Source: Candidatus Latescibacterota bacterium (GTDB lineage: Bacteria > Latescibacterota > UBA2968 > GCA-2709665). From it: a stretch of DNA of 64,000 nucleotides. The notes under the pieces are model-generated. The model had not been told where the DNA came from. It made no database searches and worked only from the letters and a program-made list of their open reading frames with translations. The DNA is taken from NCBI GenBank assembly GCA_965237675.1, contig OZ250150.1:1824001-1888000 (forward strand), given 5' to 3'. Shown here piece by piece: positions 57,536 to 64,000 of this stretch; within the stretch, counting starts at the first letter, position 1, and every line of letters starts with the position of its first letter. The translations under genes were made by a program, and so were the position numbers.

Positions 57536-58663
57536 ATGCCAACGAATGTGTTCAAGAAACTCACGTGTCTCGCCGCGTTGATCCTTCTGGCAGCCTGCGG
57601 CGGAGAGGACAAACCGGCCGCGCCAGAGACGCCGGACGGCGATTCGTCAAATGGCAACACCCAGCAGAACAGACCCCTGCTTTCGGATGACAAGTTCGGC
57701 GCCGACTCGAACCCTACGGGCAATCCCATCGGCGGCGGAGATGGGTACAATCAACTGGTCGAAGAATACGACTATCTTGTCACGAACCGGATGGAACTTC
57801 TGAACGCGCTCAAGCAGGCGACCGGGGGCCAGGTGGTCTATCTGGCGGACACCGCCAGGGTGGACCTTACAGGCGACCGGAACATAGAGATCCGCGCCGG
57901 CGTCACGCTGGCCAGCGGGCGGGGCAAGCCCGATTCCGAGGGTGGTCTGGTCTATTCCAAGGAACTGGAGACGATTCCACTCTTTCTCGTCACTGGTCCC
58001 GATGTTCGCGTTACCGGGCTCAGGCTGGAGGGCCCGGACACGATGAGACGCACCGAGCAGATGAAGCAACTCCTGTCGGAAGGCCGGCAATTCAGTATCC
58101 CCAACTCCCGGGGCATTCAGACCGCACACCCCAGGCTCGAAGTGGACAACTGCGAACTCTGGGGTTGGACCCACGCCGCCATTTTCCTCCGGGCGAATTC
58201 AACGGACAACCACATCCACCATAACTATTTTCACCACAACCAGCGCCACCATATGGGCTACGGCGTGAATTTGGACCGGTCGGAAGCGCTGATTGAAGCC
58301 AACCTGTTCGACTGGTGCCGGCACCATATCGCCGGTACGGGCAGGCCCGGCACGAGCTACGAAGCCCGCTACAACCTGGTTCTCGAAAACGCCAACAGCC
58401 ACAGTTTTGACATGCACGGCGGCCGGGACCGGGATGACGGAACGGATATCGCCGGCGACGTTATTCTCATTCATCACAACACGTTTATGGCTATCGACGT
58501 GGAGGCCGTCGTCATCCGGGGGATTCCCCAGGAAGCCTGTGAGATTTACAACAACTGGTTTATCCATTGGCTCCCGGCTACCGCTGTCAGACAGGCATAC
58601 GCCACGGGTAATCTACGGCTCTATTCAAACCAGTACACGCACAACCGGCTCGTCAAGGACTGA
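57536..58663 (+). CDS. Right-handed beta-helix (pectin-lyase-like) lipoprotein, copy 1
   Basis: Lipobox LAAC, 'GVTLASGRG', 'VTGLRLEG', 'IHHNYFHHN', 'IEANLF', 'IHHNTF' beta-helix repeats. Confidence 0.8.
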   Translation: MPTNVFKKLTCLAALILLAACGGEDKPAAPETPDGDSSNGNTQQNRPLLSDDKFGADSNPTGNPIGGGDGYNQLVEEYDYLVTNRMELLNALKQATGGQVVYLADTARVDLTGDRNIEIRAGVTLASGRGKPDSEGGLVYSKELETIPLFLVTGPDVRVTGLRLEGPDTMRRTEQMKQLLSEGRQFSIPNSRGIQTAHPRLEVDNCELWGWTHAAIFLRANSTDNHIHHNYFHHNQRHHMGYGVNLDRSEALIEANLFDWCRHHIAGTGRPGTSYEARYNLVLENANSHSFDMHGGRDRDDGTDIAGDVILIHHNTFMAIDVEAVVIRGIPQEACEIYNNWFIHWLPATAVRQAYATGNLRLYSNQYTHNRLVKD

Positions 58664-58808
58664 GAATAAAGCGATAGACGATCTTTTGAAGAGATACGCG
58701 ATGGTGCGCGGCGCGATTCTTGCGGCGAACAAACCCCCCACACCACAACCGGGCGGGCGACAGAAAGTCCCATAAAACCGCAGGCCATTCCACGCCGCGT
58801 TTGAGTTT

Positions 58809-58833
58809 GTAGGGGCAACCCTTGTGGTTGCCC
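58809..58833 (+). repeat. GTAG-type REP hairpin
   Basis: GTAGGGGCAACCCTTGTGGTTGCCC, 1 mismatch to 57035-57059. Confidence 0.75.
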
Positions 58834-59005
58834 ACGTTATGGCGTCGATATCGCTGATTGACGAGGCGGTGCCATAGCGTTAACCGCTGTTGGCTGAATG
58901 CTAAAGGCTCACTGCTGACCGTTTGCCTGTGTATTCGAAATTTGCGATGTTTTTACTTCAGAAGGGCTAATTCGCAAGTCGGAACTGATTGGAAGTGGTT
59001 ACGAA

Positions 59006-60133
59006 ATGCCAACGAATGTGTTCAAGAAACTCACGTGTCTCGCCGCGTTGATCCTTCTGGCAGCCTGCGGCGGGGAGGACAAGCCGGCCGCGCCGGATTC
59101 CTCGAACGGCGATTCCACGGACGGTGACAACCAGCAGAACCGGCCCCTGCTTTCCGACGACAGATTCGGCGCCGATTCGAATCCAACCGGCAATCCCATC
59201 GGCGGAGGAGACGGGTACGATCGGCTGGTCAGCCAGTACGACTATCTCGTCACGAACCGGATGGAACTTCTGGACGCGCTCGAGCGGGCGGGCGCGGGGG
59301 AGGTCGTGTATCTCGCCGACACCGCGAGGGTGGACCTGACGGGCGACCAGAACATCGAGATCCGCGCAGGCGTCACGCTGGGCAGCGGACGGGGCAAGCC
59401 CGATTCGGAGGGGGGCCTCGTTTATTCCAAACAACTGGAGACCCTTCCGCTCTTCCTCGTTACAGGGGCCGACGTACGCGTTACCGGCCTCCGGCTGGAG
59501 GGCCCGGACACCATGAGACGCACCGAGCAGATGAAGGAGCTCCATGCAGTCGGTCAGTATTACAGCATTCCCAACTCCCGGGGCATTCAGACCGTACATC
59601 CCAGGCTCGAAGTGGACAACTGCGAACTCCGGGGCTGGAGTCACGGCGCGATTTTCCTCCGGGCCAATTCAACGGACAACAACATCCACCACAACTATTT
59701 TCACCATAACCAGCGCCACGGCCTGGGTTACGGCGTGGTTATGGACCGATCCGACGCCCTCATCGAGGCCAACCTGTTCGACTGGGGCAGGCACCATATC
59801 GCCGGCACGGGCAGGCCCGGCACGAGCTACGAAGCCCGCTACAACCTGGTTCTGGAAAACGCCAACAGCCACAGCTTCGACATGCACGGCGGCAGGGATC
59901 GGGACGACGGAACAGACATCGCCGGCGGCCTCATTCTCATTCATCACAATACGTTCATGGCCGTCGACGTGGAGGCCGTGACCATCCGGGGCATACCCCA
60001 GGAAACCTGTGAAATCTACAATAACTGGTTTATCCACTGGCTCCCGGCTACCGCAATCAGACAGGCCTACGCCACGGGGAATTTGCGGCACTACTCGAAT
60101 CAGTACACGGCCAATCGGATCGTAAAGGACTGA
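59006..60133 (+). CDS. Right-handed beta-helix lipoprotein, copy 2 (tandem duplicate)
   Basis: Same length (375 aa) and largely identical to 57536. Confidence 0.8.
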   Translation: MPTNVFKKLTCLAALILLAACGGEDKPAAPDSSNGDSTDGDNQQNRPLLSDDRFGADSNPTGNPIGGGDGYDRLVSQYDYLVTNRMELLDALERAGAGEVVYLADTARVDLTGDQNIEIRAGVTLGSGRGKPDSEGGLVYSKQLETLPLFLVTGADVRVTGLRLEGPDTMRRTEQMKELHAVGQYYSIPNSRGIQTVHPRLEVDNCELRGWSHGAIFLRANSTDNNIHHNYFHHNQRHGLGYGVVMDRSDALIEANLFDWGRHHIAGTGRPGTSYEARYNLVLENANSHSFDMHGGRDRDDGTDIAGGLILIHHNTFMAVDVEAVTIRGIPQETCEIYNNWFIHWLPATAIRQAYATGNLRHYSNQYTANRIVKD

Positions 60134-60216
60134 GAAAAAAGGGATAGAGGATCCCTTGAACGAATGCGCACAGGCGCATCGGCAAGCGGCGCACATTCGC
60201 GAAAGGAGTTCGGCTG

Positions 60217-60669
60217 ATGCCGAAACAGTGGAAGGTGTACCTGGCCGGCGAAATCCACAGTGACTGGCGGGACCGGATCGTCAGCGCGGCGGCGGAAAAG
60301 GAACTTCCGGTATCCTTTACGGCGCCCGTTACCGACCACGCCGCCAGCGACAACTGCGGCGTGGATATCCTCGGCCCCGAGGAGTCCTCGTTCTGGAAGG
60401 ATCACAAGGGCGCGAAGATCAATGCCATCCGGACCCGAACGCTCATTGGTAACGCCGATATCGTGGTGGTGCGCTTCGGAGACAAATACCGTCAGTGGAA
60501 TGCGGCGTTCGACGCGGGGTTCGCCACGGCACTCGGCAAACCCATCGTCGTGATTCACGATGCCGCGAATGCCCACGCGCTCAAGGAAATAGACGGGGCG
60601 GCGCTGGCGGTGGCACAGACGCCCGAACAGGTCGCGGATGTGCTCGCGTACGTGACCCGGGAGACATGA
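60217..60669 (+). CDS. ytoQ: YtoQ family protein (nucleoside 2-deoxyribosyltransferase-like fold)
   Basis: 'VYLAGEIHSDWR', 'HAASD.CG..ILG', 'RFGDKYRQWNAAFDAG', 'HALKEID'. Confidence 0.85.
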   Translation: MPKQWKVYLAGEIHSDWRDRIVSAAAEKELPVSFTAPVTDHAASDNCGVDILGPEESSFWKDHKGAKINAIRTRTLIGNADIVVVRFGDKYRQWNAAFDAGFATALGKPIVVIHDAANAHALKEIDGAALAVAQTPEQVADVLAYVTRET

Positions 60670-60842
60670 AAGGCATCCTCCACATCCGGCGGTTCTCTCG
60701 CAAGGATCGGTAAACGGTCGGCAAATGCGGGCATATTCGGAACGCTCGAGTCGTGGCGCGTCGACCGCACGCGGGAATGCACGGCCGTTTCGCAAATCCG
60801 TATTCGCCTGTAAGGGTCCGGTACGACTGAACAAAAAACCCC

Positions 60843-60871
60843 TTGAAAGATGAACAAAGATGCACTATATT
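60843..60871 (+). promoter_or_regulatory. Sigma70-type promoter for parE-parC
   Basis: TTGAAA-N17-TATATT ~150 bp upstream of parE. Confidence 0.6.
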
Positions 60872-61019
60872 ATGGTGCTTTCTTTCCCCTTGATTTCCCC
60901 GCATACCGGTTTCGTTTAAGCTCCATTTCTTCCTGAGCCCACGTCGGGTACGTTTGTCTCCCCGTCTGTACCATCGCCGCGCGGGATTGCGCGTTCGAGC
61001 GACCCCGAAAAGGTGTGTT

Positions 61020-62921
61020 ATGTCCGAAACAAAATCGACATTGCGGAGTCCAGGTCAGCTTTCGCTTACCATTAACGGGAAACCCGCGTCCTCCCCGAGT
61101 TCGTCCCGCAAACGTAACAATGGAGCATCGCCCGAACACGGGTACGATGAGTCCAAGGTCAAGACGCTGAGTTCACTCGAGCACATTCGTCTCCGCACCG
61201 GCATGTACATCGGCCGGCCGGGCGACGGGTCCAATCCGGATGACGGCATCTACGTTCTGCTCAAGGAAGTCATCGACAATGCCGTAGACGAATTCATTAT
61301 GGGCTTCGGAAAAAAGATCGACGCCAGCATCGAAGGCAACCGGGTCCGGGTTCGGGACTACGGCCGCGGCATCCCCCTGGGCAAAGTCATCGACTGCGTT
61401 TCCATCATCAACACCGGCGCCAAGTACAACGACGATGTCTTCCAGTTCAGCGTGGGCCTCAACGGGGTGGGCACGAAGGCCGTCAACGCCCTCTCTTCCG
61501 ATTTCAGGGCGGTTGCCTTCCGGGACGGCAATTACTTCGAAGCACGCTTCGAACGCGGCCGCCTGAAGCGGAAAATGGAGGGTCGGAAGCCAGGCGAACC
61601 CGACGGCTCCTATTTTGAATTCCTGCCGGATGTTGAGATATTCGGCGAAGACTACGCGTTCAATTTCGACTACGTCAAACAGCGGATGTGGAACTACGCC
61701 TGCCTGAACAGCGGGCTCGCGCTGGTCTTCAACAAGGATCGCTTTGTATCCCGGAACGGACTGCTGGACTTTCTCACCCGCGAAGTCGGCGAAACGGCTC
61801 TCTACGAACCCCTCTATTACAAATCTCAATACCTCGAGTTCGCATTCACCCACACGGTCAGCTACGGCGAAACGTACTTCTCTTTCGTCAACGGCCAACT
61901 CACCAGCGACGGCGGGGCCCACCAGAGCGCCTTCCGCGAAGGCATCCTCAAGGGCGTGAATGAATTCTACAAGAAGAACCACGACGGCATCGACGTTCGG
62001 GAGAGCATTTCCGGCGCCGTCGCCGTCAAACTCAAGGCCCCTGTCTTCGAGTCCCAGACCAAGAACAAACTGGGGAATACGGATATCCGGGGGTGGATTG
62101 TCACGGATGTCAAGAGCGCCGTGGTCGACCTTCTCCACAAGAACCAGACCGCGGCCCAACGCTTGTCCGAAAAGATCGCCCAGAACGAACGGCTGAGAAA
62201 GGAACTCAACGCCGTCAGGAAAGAGGCCAAAGAGGCAGCGCGAAAAATCGCGATCAAAATTCCTCATTTCAAAGACTGCAAATACCACCTGGGCCACAAA
62301 AAGCACGGCGAGGACTCGACCATCTTCATCACCGAAGGCCCTTCCGCGGCGGGCTCAATGGTCGCCGCGCGCGACGTTTACAGCCAGGCGATCTTCGGCC
62401 TCAAGGGCGTTCCTCTGAACGTATTCGGCAAGAACAAGGCAGCCGTGTACAAGAACGAGGAACTGTTCAACCTCATGATGGCGCTCGGCATCGAAGACGG
62501 CATCGAAAACCTGCGTTTCAACAAAATTGTCATCGCCACCGATGCCGACCATGACGGCTACCATATCCGGTACCTGCTCCTCACGTATTTCCTGAATTAT
62601 TTCGAGGAACTGGTGTTGGCCGGCCACCTTTATATTCTTGAAACCCCGCTTTTCCGCGTGCGAAACAGCAAGGTCACCCGCTACTGCTACAACAATCGGG
62701 AGCGCGACAGTGCCCTGGAGGAGATCAAAAACCCCGAGATTACCCGTTTTAAAGGCCTCGGGGAGATCTCGCCCGGAGAATTCGGGCAGTTCATCGGCGA
62801 CGATATGCGACTTGTCAAAGTCAATATCAGGTCCATCTCCGAAATCCCCGATACGCTCAGTTTTTACATGGGCAAGAACACCCCCGAACGCAGGGACTAC
62901 ATTATCGAAAATCTGATCTGA
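61020..62921 (+). CDS. parE: DNA topoisomerase IV subunit B (type IIA; divergent spirochaete/chlamydia/Bacteroidetes-like clade)
   Basis: HIRLRTGMYIG, EVIDNAVDE, DYGRGIP, GLNGVGTKAVNALS, FESQTK, TOPRIM ITEG.SA, IATDAD.DG, TRFKGLGE. Confidence 0.9.
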   Translation: MSETKSTLRSPGQLSLTINGKPASSPSSSRKRNNGASPEHGYDESKVKTLSSLEHIRLRTGMYIGRPGDGSNPDDGIYVLLKEVIDNAVDEFIMGFGKKIDASIEGNRVRVRDYGRGIPLGKVIDCVSIINTGAKYNDDVFQFSVGLNGVGTKAVNALSSDFRAVAFRDGNYFEARFERGRLKRKMEGRKPGEPDGSYFEFLPDVEIFGEDYAFNFDYVKQRMWNYACLNSGLALVFNKDRFVSRNGLLDFLTREVGETALYEPLYYKSQYLEFAFTHTVSYGETYFSFVNGQLTSDGGAHQSAFREGILKGVNEFYKKNHDGIDVRESISGAVAVKLKAPVFESQTKNKLGNTDIRGWIVTDVKSAVVDLLHKNQTAAQRLSEKIAQNERLRKELNAVRKEAKEAARKIAIKIPHFKDCKYHLGHKKHGEDSTIFITEGPSAAGSMVAARDVYSQAIFGLKGVPLNVFGKNKAAVYKNEELFNLMMALGIEDGIENLRFNKIVIATDADHDGYHIRYLLLTYFLNYFEELVLAGHLYILETPLFRVRNSKVTRYCYNNRERDSALEEIKNPEITRFKGLGEISPGEFGQFIGDDMRLVKVNIRSISEIPDTLSFYMGKNTPERRDYIIENLI

Positions 62922-62969
62922 ACACCCCGTCGATCCCCCTCGCAAGGAATACAGGGGTCCGGAGAAACC

Positions 62970-64000
62970 GTGGCATACGTCGACACCCTGTACGACAGAT
63001 ATTATCTCGAATTCGCGTCCTATTCCATCAAGAACCGGGCGATCCCCAACATCGACGACGGCTTCAAGCCGGTTCAGCGGCGCATTCTGCACGCCCTGTA
63101 TGAGATGCACGACGGCAAGTACCACAAGGTCGCCAACGTCGTGGGCCAGACCATGCGGTACCATCCCCACGGCGACCTCTCGATCTTCGGCGCCCTCGTG
63201 AACCTGGCCAACAAGGAATTGTTCATCGACAGGCAGGGCAATTTCGGCAACATCTTCACCGGCGATGAGGCCTCCGCCGCACGCTATATCGAATGCCGCC
63301 TCACGCCACTTGCAAGAGAGGTTCTCTTCAACCCCGAGATAACCGAATACGAAGACTCCTACGATGGTCGCAACCGTGAACCGATCGCTTTTCCCGCCAA
63401 AATCCCGGTCCTGCTCGCCATTGGCTCAGAGGGCATTGCCGTCGGCATGACCACCCGCATTCTCCCGCACAACCTCATCGAACTGCTCGAAGCGCAGATT
63501 GCCTGCCTGCAGGGCAAACCCTTCCGGGTCCAACCCGACTTTCCCACAGGCGGCCTGGTCGACGTTTCTCAATACGATGACGGCAACGGCAAGGTTCTCG
63601 CCCGCGCCAAACTGGACACCAGAGATCCGAAACGCATCGTCGTGCGCGAACTGCCCTACGGCACGACAACCGAAACCCTCATTGCCTCCGTCGAAGACGC
63701 TTCGAAAAAAGGCAAACTCAAAATCTCGGGTATCAGCGACTATACGACCGATCAGGTGGAAATCGAAATCCAGCTCGCCCGCGGCGTACACACCAAGGAC
63801 ACCGTCCACGCTCTGTTCGCGTTTACGGACTGTGAGACGTCGATAGCGGCGAATCTGCTGGTCATTCGGGACAACCGGCCGGAGATCACGTCCGTGACCG
63901 AAGTGATCGAATACAACACGGTCCGCCTGGTCGACATTTTCAAAGCCGAACTCAAACTCGAAGAGAGGCAGCTGAAAGCGCGGTTGCACGCCAAAACGAT
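62970..64000 (+). CDS. parC: DNA topoisomerase IV subunit A (truncated by window end)
   Basis: GTG 62970 after GGAG; translates MAYVDTLY...RAIPNIDDGFKPVQRRILH...YHPHGD...QGNFG...AARYIE...GIAVGM; not in the ORF track because there is no stop in the window. Confidence 0.9.
   Translation, partial: MAYVDTLYDRYYLEFASYSIKNRAIPNIDDGFKPVQRRILHALYEMHDGKYHKVANVVGQTMRYHPHGDLSIFGALVNLANKELFIDRQGNFGNIFTGDEASAARYIECRLTPLAREVLFNPEITEYEDSYDGRNREPIAFPAKIPVLLAIGSEGIAVGMTTRILPHNLIELLEAQIACLQGKPFRVQPDFPTGGLVDVSQYDDGNGKVLARAKLDTRDPKRIVVRELPYGTTTETLIASVEDASKKGKLKISGISDYTTDQVEIEIQLARGVHTKDTVHALFAFTDCETSIAANLLVIRDNRPEITSVTEVIEYNTVRLVDIFKAELKLEERQLKARLHAKT

Noticed and set aside
61020-62921. gyrB assignment
   Set aside because: Divergent motifs (GLNGVG, short TOPRIM/tail) and the partner's short N-terminus fit the divergent topo IV clade better; the GyrA box cannot be checked because the partner is truncated

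Overview
High-GC bacterial chromosomal segment. The gene families present (DUF6785-type membrane proteins, several GWxTD/TPR proteins, PhyH-HEAT fusion, heparinase-II/III-like proteins) suggest an uncultured Latescibacterota/Poribacteria-like lineage; this taxonomy is inference only. 1-26.2 kb: probable acidic-glycan/uronate utilisation cluster (beta-helix+PKD protein, three ~660-aa DUF6785-like transporters, sugar ABC transporter, three heparinase/oligo-alginate-lyase-like proteins, uxuA, nitrilase-family hydrolase), interrupted by an MNT-HEPN toxin-antitoxin pair enclosed in a diverged ~1.6-kb direct duplication. 26.3-28.3 kb: AT-rich islet of orphan membrane genes. 28.6-33 kb and 45.6-52.9 kb: four TPR+GWxTD(-like) exported proteins, the last two downstream of an ECF sigma/zf-HC2 anti-sigma pair. 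34.3-36.2 kb: a small GIY-YIG nuclease gene inside a field of 182-bp palindromic tandem repeats. 36.3-41.7 kb: YtrA/YtrB-type operon with three divergent paralogous permeases. The rest holds a large GNAT protein, an AT-rich candidate Type II restriction-modification pair, PhyH-HEAT, a tandem-duplicated beta-helix lipoprotein, ytoQ and parE-parC (parC runs off the end). Intergenic DNA carries several families of MITE/REP-like repeats; one MITE appears to be read in frame into a gene. No rRNA, tRNA or CRISPR array was seen.
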